A stretch of DNA of 64,000 bases from Anaerovoracaceae bacterium (GTDB lineage Bacteria > Actinomycetota > Actinomycetes > Actinomycetales > Bifidobacteriaceae). This document shows, in pieces, positions 29,771-38,799 of the stretch (positions are counted from its first letter, which is position 1; every line of letters starts with the position of its first letter). A program made the translations under genes and the position numbers. The notes under the pieces are model-generated. The model was given only the letters and a program-made list of their open reading frames with translations, had not been told where the DNA came from and searched no databases. Location of the stretch: positions 113 to 64,112 of the forward strand of contig CAVBVU010000001.1 in assembly GCA_963598975.1 (NCBI GenBank), written 5' to 3'.

Positions 29771-30958
29771 TCAGACATGCACCTCGCGCATGCGATCCAA
29801 AGCGCCGATATTCGTCTCGTAGCGGCGTGAATACACAACCAGGAACGCGACGCCCAGCATGGTGATCGGCATGCCGGACAATCCCGTGTAATGGTAGTTC
29901 ATGGCGGAGGCCGTCAATGCCGCCCCCCCGACGATGGAACCGACGGCATTGCCGAAATTGAAGGCGATCTGCACCGCGGCACCGGCGATCAACTCGCCTC
30001 CGCCCTGACCGGCCTGCACCATCAGCAGCTGCTGCGGCGCGGAATTGAAGAACAACGCGAATCCAAGAACAAACGTCAGCAACGCGGTGGAAACATAATT
30101 GCCGGGAACGAGGAACACCAATCCCAAGCCGCACATGGCGATCGCCTGAGACAACGCGGCGGTCGCGGCGGGCTTCCACAAATCCGTAAGTCTGCCGCCT
30201 GCGATCCCGCCGAGCACCATGCCGAAACCGGCGAGCACCATCAACAGCGGAACCACTCCGGCGGACCATCCGCCAGTCTTCTGCAGCCAAGGCGAAATAT
30301 AGCTCCACCAGCAGAAAATACCGGAATTTCCGCAGAACACAGCCAGCAGTACCATCCAAGGGCCTGGCTTGGTAAGGAAACGGAACTGGCCTTTGATGCC
30401 GGCATCCTTGATCGGCGCGACGAACGGAACCCAGGCGAACACCAGAATCATGGTCATCAAGGCCCAGGCCGCGAGAATCGCAAACGCCATACGCCAAGAC
30501 AGCATTTCCGAAAGCAGCGTGCCAGCAGGCACGCCGAGCATGTTAGCGACGGTCTGGCCCGTGACCATCATCGAAACGGATTGCGCTTCCTTGCCCTTGT
30601 CGGCGAGGATCTTTGCGATCAGCGTGGCGGTGCCGAAAAACGCGCCATGGGGAAGGCCCGAGATGAAACGGGCCGCCAGCAGCATGGGGGAGTTGACCGA
30701 GACCGCGCTCAGCGTATTGCCCACCAGCGCGATGATCATGAACAGGATGATGAGGTTCTTCGGCGGCACCTTACGCCCGAACACCAGAATCAACGTGCCG
30801 AAACAGACTCCGAACGCGTAGGCGGAAATATAATGTCCGGCGGCGGGGATGCTCACGTTCATCGCGGCTGCGGTCTGTGGCAGAATGCCCATCATCACGA
30901 ATTCGGCCGCTCCTAGAATGAACGCGCCTGAGGCCAAGGCCAGAATGCTTCTTTTCAC
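29771..30958 (-). CDS. MFS transporter (AraJ-like)
   Basis: LALASGAFILGAAEF, ARFISGLPHGAFFG; about 12 TMs; GTG start inferred from the GGGAGAG RBS. Confidence 0.88.
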   Translation of the reverse strand: MKRSILALASGAFILGAAEFVMMGILPQTAAAMNVSIPAAGHYISAYAFGVCFGTLILVFGRKVPPKNLIILFMIIALVGNTLSAVSVNSPMLLAARFISGLPHGAFFGTATLIAKILADKGKEAQSVSMMVTGQTVANMLGVPAGTLLSEMLSWRMAFAILAAWALMTMILVFAWVPFVAPIKDAGIKGQFRFLTKPGPWMVLLAVFCGNSGIFCWWSYISPWLQKTGGWSAGVVPLLMVLAGFGMVLGGIAGGRLTDLWKPAATAALSQAIAMCGLGLVFLVPGNYVSTALLTFVLGFALFFNSAPQQLLMVQAGQGGGELIAGAAVQIAFNFGNAVGSIVGGAALTASAMNYHYTGLSGMPITMLGVAFLVVYSRRYETNIGALDRMREVHV

Positions 30959-31094
30959 CAATCTCTCCCGTGCGTATGGCATGTGCGAACGAGGCATGCC
31001 AATTGTTTGAACCAACCGATTATTGTATGGAAACCGGCGAACGTATCATGCATGTGGTGCGGTCGATGTGCAAGTAGGGCCTGACCGGATGGCT

Positions 31095-31475
31095 GGCTGA
31101 AAATCCGCGTAGTCGGACCGGAATCCGCACGATCGTCTTTTGCGATATGGATTACAAAGCGGCCTCTTTATGATTGCATAAAAGGTGCGGGGAGTGATGG
31201 GCCTTCTCTGCCCCAACCGCGAGAAAACGGGCCTATCTCCCAGTTGGGGCTGAATCGGAAACGGACCATTCCGACTTCAAAATCACAAATCGTTGGAAAA
31301 TGGCCGTTTTTGGATCACGCAAGAAAGGTGGGCCGCGATGGAGTGCACTCCTTTTTGACCCCAACCTTGAGAAAATGCCGTTATCTCCCGGTTGGGGCTG
31401 GATCGAATGCAGGGCCGTTCCGACTTTAAAATCGCAAATCGTTGGAAAATGGCCAATGACCGTTTTTGGATCATA
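31095..31475 (+). repeat. Composite repeat: two 20-bp AATCCGC units plus two ~149-bp units
   Basis: AATCCGC at 31102/31122; AATCGTTGGAAAATGGCC at 31288/31437; collinear with ~288-741. Confidence 0.88.
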
Positions 31476-31604
31476 TGGGAAGAGTGGTGCATGACGTTGA
31501 ACGGCATGCCCTTCAGCCATGCATTTTGGCCTACAGTCTAAAAATCCGTGAAATGGCGGCCATGGAAAAAGAAAAAGACGGAACCGAAGTTCCGCCTTTT
31601 GTTG

Positions 31605-31681
<77 letters not shown>

Positions 31682-31776
31682 TTTTGCAACAGTTGGAAAT
31701 ATTACACGAACTGTGGTTTATTGCAAAATCGGCGTGTCGCGTGTTGTGTAGTGGCTTCTCGTTACACTTGGGGCTT

Positions 31777-33456
31777 ATGACTGAGACCAACGAATCGCAA
31801 GAAAATCAGAACGAAGAAGCCGCGGTTCCCACCATGACGACGGTGGAACGAGCGGAAATGCTGCTGCAGCAGGATGCTGCCATCCGCGCCAAGATCGAAG
31901 ACGGCGCAACCCTCGACGAAGCCGTGGATCCGGGCAATAAGGAATTCGGCCCGCTGGCCCACCCTGAACAGGTGCAGATGCGCGTGGCCAAGCGTGCCAT
32001 GATGCTCAAGGAAGGCATCGAACCGTATCCGGTGACGCTCGACGTGACCTCCACCATCGAAGAGGTGCGCGCCAAGTACGACGGCAAGTTGGAAGCCGGC
32101 GTCGAGACCGAAGATGTGGTCGGCATCGCCGGTCGCGTGCTCTTCCTGCGCAATGCCGGCGGCCTGTGCTTCGTGCAGCTTTCCGCAGGCGACGGCACCA
32201 AGATCCAGGGCATGATCTCCAAGAAGGAGATTGGCGCCGATTCCCTCAAGCAGTTCAAGCAGCTGGTCGACCTTGGCGACCACCTGTTCATCAAGGGCCG
32301 TGTGATCGCATCCAAGACCGGCGAACTGTCCGTGTTCGCCACCGAATGGGCCATCGCGGCCAAGGCCCTGCAGCCGTTGCCGGCCCTGCACAAGGACCTG
32401 AACGAAGACACCCGTACCCGCAAGCCCTACATCGGCATGATCGCGGACGAGAAGATCCGCAACATGGTGCGCAACCGTTCCAAGGCCGTCGCGTCCCTGC
32501 GCAAGACCTTCGCCAATCATGACTTCATCGAGGTCGAGACCCCGATGCTGCAGACCGTGCACGGCGGCGCCGCAGCCCGTCCGTTCACCACGCACATGAA
32601 CGCCTTTGACCTGGATCTGTACCTGCGCATCGCGCCGGAACTGTTCCTCAAGCGCTGCCTGGTCGGCGGCATCGACCGCGTATTCGAAATCAACCGCGAT
32701 TTCCGTAACGAAGGCGCCGACGCCACCCACGCCCCGGAATTCACCATGGTTGAGGCATACCAGGCCTACGGCAACTACGACACCATCGGCGCTCTCGTCA
32801 AGCAGCTCGTGCAGGACACCGCCATGGACGTGTTCGGCAGCCACAAGGTGACCCTGCTCGACGGCACCGAATACGACCTCGGTGGCGAATGGAAGACCAT
32901 CAGCATGTACGACTCCCTGTCCGAAGCCCTGGGTGAGGAAATCGTGCCGAACGGCGGTCCGGACAATCCGGGAACCTCCGTGGAACACCTGGGCGCGATC
33001 GCCGACAAGCTCGGTGTGGAACGCGACGATGTGGAGAACCATGGCAAGCTCGTCGAGCATCTGTGGGAGCACTTCTACGAGGACAAGCTGTACGAGCCGA
33101 CCTTCGTGCGCGACTTCCCGGTCGAAACCTCCCCGCTGGTCAAGGGCCACCGTTCCAAGCCGGGCGTGGTCGAGAAGTGGGATCTGTACGTGCGCGGCTT
33201 CGAGCTGGCCACGGGCTACTCCGAACTCAATGATCCGGTCGTGCAGCGCGAACGTTTCGTGGATCAGGCCAAGGCCGCGCTCGCAGGCGATGAGGAAGCA
33301 TGCGACATTGATGAGGACTTCCTCGAGGCCCTCGGCGTCGGCATGCCTCCGGCGGGCGGCATGGGCATGGGCATCGACCGACTGCTCATCGCGCTGACCG
33401 GCGCCACCATCCGCGAGACCATCACCTTCCCGCTGGTCAAGCCGCTGATCGGCTGA
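31777..33456 (+). CDS. lysS: Lysine--tRNA ligase
   Basis: OB fold, EVETPML, GGAAARPF, LRIAPEL, FRNEG, GMGIDRL. Confidence 0.98.
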   Translation: MTETNESQENQNEEAAVPTMTTVERAEMLLQQDAAIRAKIEDGATLDEAVDPGNKEFGPLAHPEQVQMRVAKRAMMLKEGIEPYPVTLDVTSTIEEVRAKYDGKLEAGVETEDVVGIAGRVLFLRNAGGLCFVQLSAGDGTKIQGMISKKEIGADSLKQFKQLVDLGDHLFIKGRVIASKTGELSVFATEWAIAAKALQPLPALHKDLNEDTRTRKPYIGMIADEKIRNMVRNRSKAVASLRKTFANHDFIEVETPMLQTVHGGAAARPFTTHMNAFDLDLYLRIAPELFLKRCLVGGIDRVFEINRDFRNEGADATHAPEFTMVEAYQAYGNYDTIGALVKQLVQDTAMDVFGSHKVTLLDGTEYDLGGEWKTISMYDSLSEALGEEIVPNGGPDNPGTSVEHLGAIADKLGVERDDVENHGKLVEHLWEHFYEDKLYEPTFVRDFPVETSPLVKGHRSKPGVVEKWDLYVRGFELATGYSELNDPVVQRERFVDQAKAALAGDEEACDIDEDFLEALGVGMPPAGGMGMGIDRLLIALTGATIRETITFPLVKPLIG

Positions 33457-33539
33457 TTTGGTCGACTGGCCGCTGCTGATGACGCAGGCCGGCTGAGCCT
33501 TCAACACAGGACGTTTCCTAATGGATACGTCCTGTTGTT

Positions 33540-33935
33540 GTATGTGGATGTTGTGGTGGATCGTATGTGGATGCTGTGGCGGATGCCGCAGGCGGTGGGC
33601 TGTCTGGGATGCCGTCTGCGTACGTATGGGAATACTTGCGGGTTGAGACTATTCCCGTATCGACGGATTTGCGCCTGTTCGCGTACGTATGGGAATAGTC
33701 GGCGTGCGTGGGTATTCCCGTATCGACGCGAACGTGTCTGTTCGCGGCGTTTTGGGAATACTTGCGGCCATCTGGTGTTCCCGTACCGACGTAAGCGTGC
33801 CTGTTTGCGTACGTACGGGGATAGTCGCAAGCGGCAAGTATTCCCGTACCGACGCAAGGCATGGTTCAGGAAGGCTTGACGGCCGGTCCTGTGCTTCCAC
33901 GGACGATCAACGTGGGCGGAAACAGCAGCTGGCCG
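33540..33935 (+). repeat. 396-bp direct repeat, left copy (63-bp array plus lacI 3' end)
   Basis: Reads identical to 38332-38727 (offset 4792). Confidence 0.93.
33615..33857. repeat. 63-bp-period palindromic array, 4 units
   Basis: Left arms at 33615, 33678, 33741, 33804, each followed by an inverted TTCCCGTA(C/T)CGACG arm. Confidence 0.92.
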
Positions 33936-34906
33936 CATGATTGCGTACTCCCAATGTCGCTCGTCTTCTTGGAAAGCAGCGTGTTGAGTACGGAACGGGT
34001 CATTTCCGCCATTGGTTGGCGCATGGTGGTCAACGGCGGATTGAGATGGCGCGTGCTGTCGATGTCGTCGAATCCTATGATCGACAAATCTTCCGGAATA
34101 CGCAATCCTAATTGATGTGCGGCATCGTAGATACCGAAAGCGTGGGTGTCGCTGCAGGCGAAGATCGCAGTGGGCCGATCCGTGCGTTGCAGTAAATCCA
34201 AGGCATGCAATCGCGCTGATTCCGACCAGAAATCGCCAGTGCGTACCATATCGTCGCTCAGTGTGATGTTCTCCTGAGCCAAGGCCGATCGGAAGCCGTC
34301 CAGTCTCGCGGGAAAACAGGTCGAAGAGGATGGGCCGCAGATCACGGCCATCCTGCTGTGTCCAAGTCCCAGCAAATGGCAGCCCGCTTCGAATCCGCCC
34401 GTCCAATTGTCTATACGGGATTCGACGCAATCGCGTGAGGGTCTTCCGGAGGGATCTATCACCGCGTATCTCACGCCGAGTTCCTGGCATAGCGTGCGGT
34501 CTTTCATGGAAACGTACGCGTTGTCGAAAATCACCGCCTGAGGCCGTGCGCGACGGATTGCCTGACGATATCCGTCGTCGCTTTCGCCATTTGAGGAATG
34601 TTTCGCGCATACCGTGACCGTGAGTCCTCGTGTTATAGCCGCGTCCGTTGCCCCTTGCATGATGTCCAGCACCCACGGGTTCGCCATGGAGTCGAATACC
34701 AAGGTGATTGATGTCGACGAAGCGTGCTTTACCGGCTGTTTCGTGTATTCCAGGTCGTTGAGGATTTTCTCGATGCGTTGCCTTGTTTCATCCGACACTC
34801 CGGAACGTCCATTGATGACTTTGGAAACGGTGGATGGTGTCGTGCCGGCCATTTTGGCGATTTGCGCCAGTTTTGGGCGTTGCAGAGAAGATGATGTAAT
34901 CGCCAT
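33866..34906 (-). CDS. LacI family transcriptional regulator
   Basis: LAQIAKMAGTTPSTVSKVIN HTH, IPEDLSIIGFDD, PPLTT, PTLIVRGST. Confidence 0.95.
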   Translation of the reverse strand: MAITSSSLQRPKLAQIAKMAGTTPSTVSKVINGRSGVSDETRQRIEKILNDLEYTKQPVKHASSTSITLVFDSMANPWVLDIMQGATDAAITRGLTVTVCAKHSSNGESDDGYRQAIRRARPQAVIFDNAYVSMKDRTLCQELGVRYAVIDPSGRPSRDCVESRIDNWTGGFEAGCHLLGLGHSRMAVICGPSSSTCFPARLDGFRSALAQENITLSDDMVRTGDFWSESARLHALDLLQRTDRPTAIFACSDTHAFGIYDAAHQLGLRIPEDLSIIGFDDIDSTRHLNPPLTTMRQPMAEMTRSVLNTLLSKKTSDIGSTQSCGQLLFPPTLIVRGSTGPAVKPS

Positions 34907-34922
34907 GATGATAATGATATCG

Positions 34923-34934
34923 AAGAAATTTCTT
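34923..34934. promoter_or_regulatory. Candidate LacI operator 1
   Basis: Perfect palindrome AAGAAATTTCTT. Confidence 0.65.
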
Positions 34935-35017
34935 TTTATCTGCAAAATCCGTTGTGCACAAACAACTTCAACGGTAGTGAAATTTGCTTTTATGTGACAT
35001 TGGCTGCAACGCAATCA

Positions 35018-35029
35018 AAGAAATTTCTT
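35018..35029. promoter_or_regulatory. Candidate LacI operator 2
   Basis: Second perfect AAGAAATTTCTT, 95 bp from the first. Confidence 0.65.
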
Positions 35030-35173
35030 CATCATCGCAAAAAAATTGTTCGATGAAAGCATATGCTGGCACCCAAGACGACGGAGGGAATTAAAAACCC
35101 GCAATCGTCCGAATCGCCGGCGCGCCGCGGCAAAACCAGAGTCTTGACGGTTTCAACAAAGGAGTTATGTCAT

Positions 35174-36517
35174 ATGGACAACGCGAATGTCAAGCTCTCC
35201 TTGAGAGAGAAATTCAGCTATGGCGCCGCGGATTGCGCCTACAATCTCGTGTTCAGCGTCATCACCTCGTTCATGATGTTCTACTACACCGATGTTGCCG
35301 GCATCAGCCTGTTGTCGGTCGGTACGCTGTTCCTGGTGGTCCGCATTCTTGACGCTCTGGCGGGGCCGGTCGTCGGCGCGCTCATCGATAAAACCCATAC
35401 AAAGTGGGGCAAGGTGCGTCCCTGGTTCCTATGGTTTGCGTTCCCCTTCGCACTGATCGGAGTCATGACCTTCTCCGTTCCCAATTTCGGTGGAGTGGGC
35501 CAAATGGTCTACGTGTACATCACCTATGTTCTGATGAACTTCGTGGCGGTGGCCGTGACCACGCCGGTGACAGCCATTCTGCCGAATCTCACCACCAATA
35601 CGCAGGAACGAGTCGAGGCCAACGCATTCCGTAATGTCGGTGGACAGATCGGCGTCATCGCATCCGGCATGCTCACTCTGCCGCTGGTCAATCTGCTCGG
35701 ACGGGGCAACCAACAGCTTGGATTCACCCTGACCATGGCGCTGTACGGCGTGATCTGTGTGGCGCTGCTGATGATGACCTTCGCTAACACGCGTGAACGC
35801 GTATTCACTCCGAAGTCCGAGGAGCCTCCGTTCCTGAAGAGTTTCGTCGCCATGCTGCACAACGAGCCGTGGTGGATTCTCACCCTGCTGAATTTCGTGA
35901 TTTTCATCGGCGTGGTAGCCAAAGCCGCGTCCATCGTGTACTTCTTCAAATACAACGTCGGCAACGAGAATCTCGCGTCCATCGCCAATGGTGTCAATTC
36001 CGCGGGCATGATCGTAGGTATGGTTCTCGCGCCGATCCTTGCCAAGCGCATGAAGAAGCGCAATATCGCGATTCTTTTCTTCGTACTTGGCATCGTCGGC
36101 TCCGTAGTGTTGTATTTCGGCGCTCAGATAATGTCGTTGCCGCTGATTTTCGCGGCCATCGCCTTTGCCGCGCTTTCCGGTGCCGGCCAGAGCATGGGAT
36201 TCGTGATGCTGGCCGATGTGGTCGATTACGGCGAATGGAAGAGCGGAGTGCGCAGCCAGGGACTGATCACATCCTGCGCGGCCATCGGCGTGACCTGCGG
36301 AGCCGGCATCGCAGGATGGCTGTCAAGCTTCATCCTGCAGGCCAACGGGTTCGTGCCGAATCAGACGCAGACCACGGCGGCGCTGAATGCCATCACCTTC
36401 AATTTCGTATGGCTTCCGGTCATCTGTGGTGCCATCGGTATCGCGCTTATGCTGCTGTACAAGGTCGACTATCAGATCGACGGCATCCGTGAGGAGCTCG
36501 CAGCAAGAAAAGGCTGA
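35174..36517 (+). CDS. Glycoside-pentoside-hexuronide (GPH) cation symporter
   Basis: EKFSYG, FYYTDVAG, DKTHTKWGKVRPW, NTRERV, LADVVDYGEWKSG. Confidence 0.92.
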   Translation: MDNANVKLSLREKFSYGAADCAYNLVFSVITSFMMFYYTDVAGISLLSVGTLFLVVRILDALAGPVVGALIDKTHTKWGKVRPWFLWFAFPFALIGVMTFSVPNFGGVGQMVYVYITYVLMNFVAVAVTTPVTAILPNLTTNTQERVEANAFRNVGGQIGVIASGMLTLPLVNLLGRGNQQLGFTLTMALYGVICVALLMMTFANTRERVFTPKSEEPPFLKSFVAMLHNEPWWILTLLNFVIFIGVVAKAASIVYFFKYNVGNENLASIANGVNSAGMIVGMVLAPILAKRMKKRNIAILFFVLGIVGSVVLYFGAQIMSLPLIFAAIAFAALSGAGQSMGFVMLADVVDYGEWKSGVRSQGLITSCAAIGVTCGAGIAGWLSSFILQANGFVPNQTQTTAALNAITFNFVWLPVICGAIGIALMLLYKVDYQIDGIREELAARKG

Positions 36518-36681
36518 CGGGTTCGCGAAACATACAAGCTTGGGCCCATTCGGTTTCACAGTAAATCCCTTTTCCGAATGGGCCTGATACTTCATTTCTC
36601 ATAACATCCCGATAAATGTTTGGTGGAAGTCGATGAAAAGTCGGCTTTTCGCGAACGACTACCTCTCTGTAAGGAATCAAC

Positions 36682-37485
36682 ATGGCGATTCTCGACATTG
36701 CATTCGCTTCGAATGCGCTGAAACGCAAAACTTCGATGAAGGCGATTCTTCCAGTAGACCCGTACGATGCTTGCATCGGAACGGTTCCCGAATACGACGG
36801 CAAACCGCTGAAATCACTATACCTGCTGCACGGATACGGCGGAAATGCGACGGATTGGCTGAATAACACCGATATCGAAAGGTATGCCAATGACCATCGG
36901 CTTGCGGTGTTCCTGCCGAACGGCGAAAACAGTTTCTATGTGAATTCCGTGGCGCTCGGACCTTGGGAATCACATGTGGTGAACGAACTCGTACCATTCA
37001 CCCGGCGCATGTTCAACATAAGCCGGGAAACTCAGGATACGTTCATTGCGGGCAACTCCATGGGAGGCTTCGGCGCGCTCAACCTCGGACTTGGACATCC
37101 AGACACGTTCGGCAAAGTGACGGCTCTCTCATCGGCACTGATTTTGCGGAATATCAATGGCGTGGAGTCTGGCTACAGCGATTTGATCGCTAATTATGAC
37201 TACTACCATGCGGTATTCGGGGATTTGTCATGCGTTGTCGGAAGTGGGAACGATCCTCTTGTTCGTATGGATGCGGCGCTGCACGGTAATACGTTGCAGC
37301 CCCTATACATGGCTTGCGGGAACGAGGATTTTCTTCTTGAGGAAAATCGCGGCTTCGTAAGCGAAGCCCGTGACCGTGGCTCCGAATTGATTTACGAGGA
37401 ACATGAAGGTTCACACGATTGGACATTCTGGAACACACATATCGAAAAAGCCATCGAATGGATGCTTGAGGAGAAGGAGGACTAA
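36682..37485 (+). CDS. Esterase (CE1/acetylesterase-like alpha/beta hydrolase)
   Basis: LYLLHG, GNSMGG, CGNEDFL, GSHDWTFW; no signal peptide. Confidence 0.88.
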   Translation: MAILDIAFASNALKRKTSMKAILPVDPYDACIGTVPEYDGKPLKSLYLLHGYGGNATDWLNNTDIERYANDHRLAVFLPNGENSFYVNSVALGPWESHVVNELVPFTRRMFNISRETQDTFIAGNSMGGFGALNLGLGHPDTFGKVTALSSALILRNINGVESGYSDLIANYDYYHAVFGDLSCVVGSGNDPLVRMDAALHGNTLQPLYMACGNEDFLLEENRGFVSEARDRGSELIYEEHEGSHDWTFWNTHIEKAIEWMLEEKED

Positions 37486-37487
37486 AG

Positions 37488-38285
37488 ATGATCGGCATGG
37501 AATCGATTGAATTTCAGGTGGACGGCGGATCGCGTGGGCCGCTCACTCTGCGCGGCACGAAATATCTGCCGGAGGATTTCGATAAGTGCGGAAAGGCTCC
37601 GGTGGCGGTGTTGTTCCACGGATTCGGCGGCAATCGCATTGATTTTTCCGGATTTATCGTGAGCATGGCACGAGAGCTTGCATCCCGCGGTTTGGTTGTG
37701 GTCACCTATGATCGCGCCGGACATGGCGAAAGCGACGGGTCGTTCTATGACACCACCGTTACCGGTGACGTGGCTGACGCATTGCAGGTCGTGGAATCGG
37801 CGCGTAATTTTCCCGGCTGCGATCCGGATAACCTGCACTTGGCAGGGTTGAGCTTGGGAGCGGTGATTGCCACATGGGTCGCGCCAAAGCTTACGAACCA
37901 GCCGCGTTCGATCGCCTTGTGTTCGATTGCGGCGTCCTATACCGACGAGATTCGCGGCGGCCATCTGCAGGGGCGTCCATTGAATGTGATGAATGATTTG
38001 GGCTACTTCGATTTCATGGGCGTTGCCATGGGGCGTGCGATGGTCGATGATGCTGTTGCCTCTGATCCGTACAAGCAGGCTGAAGGGTTCAACGGACGTG
38101 CGAAATTCATCCACGGCACCAACGATTTCATCCCCATCGAATACGCACGTCGATATCGGGACGTGTATGGTGACAACATGGAATTCCTGGAGATCAAGGG
38201 TGGTGACCACGGTTTCGGCAATGTGGAGCATCGCCGCATGGTCATGCAGGGCGTAGGCGAGTTCATCACATCCCAGGCCGTGTGA
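37488..38285 (+). CDS. Alpha/beta hydrolase (cinnamoyl/feruloyl esterase-like)
   Basis: FHGFGG, GHGESDG, GLSLG, IHGTND, GGDHGF catalytic triad. Confidence 0.82.
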   Translation: MIGMESIEFQVDGGSRGPLTLRGTKYLPEDFDKCGKAPVAVLFHGFGGNRIDFSGFIVSMARELASRGLVVVTYDRAGHGESDGSFYDTTVTGDVADALQVVESARNFPGCDPDNLHLAGLSLGAVIATWVAPKLTNQPRSIALCSIAASYTDEIRGGHLQGRPLNVMNDLGYFDFMGVAMGRAMVDDAVASDPYKQAEGFNGRAKFIHGTNDFIPIEYARRYRDVYGDNMEFLEIKGGDHGFGNVEHRRMVMQGVGEFITSQAV

Positions 38286-38331
38286 TTTTCGGCATATTCA
38301 GGGTGTTTCCTGGCGGAGGCACCCTGTTGCC

Positions 38332-38727
38332 GTATGTGGATGTTGTGGTGGATCGTATGTGGATGCTGTGGCGGATGCCGCAGGCGGTGGGCTGTCTGGG
38401 ATGCCGTCTGCGTACGTATGGGAATACTTGCGGGTTGAGACTATTCCCGTATCGACGGATTTGCGCCTGTTCGCGTACGTATGGGAATAGTCGGCGTGCG
38501 TGGGTATTCCCGTATCGACGCGAACGTGTCTGTTCGCGGCGTTTTGGGAATACTTGCGGCCATCTGGTGTTCCCGTACCGACGTAAGCGTGCCTGTTTGC
38601 GTACGTACGGGGATAGTCGCAAGCGGCAAGTATTCCCGTACCGACGCAAGGCATGGTTCAGGAAGGCTTGACGGCCGGTCCTGTGCTTCCACGGACGATC
38701 AACGTGGGCGGAAACAGCAGCTGGCCG
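38332..38727 (+). repeat. 396-bp direct repeat, right copy
   Basis: Matches 33540-33935; contains the 63-bp array at 38407-38649. Confidence 0.93.
38658..38727 (-). pseudogene. Duplicated 3' fragment of the LacI gene
   Basis: Encodes GQLLFPPTLIVRGSTGPAVKPS*, identical to the LacI C-terminus. Confidence 0.85.
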
Positions 38728-38799
38728 TATGTCGGGATTGTTCGAAGGCCAAAGGGTTGGCGAAATTCGCAAGTATCGTCGCTCGTTAGAATGACGTCC

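Noticed and set aside
31682..31776. T-box or riboswitch upstream of lysS (or serS)
   Set aside because: Leaders are too short and no T-box consensus was seen.
38653..38790. N-terminal extension of menA into the repeat
   Set aside because: It is the antisense of the duplicated lacI stub; MenA similarity begins near WIRGARLKTL.
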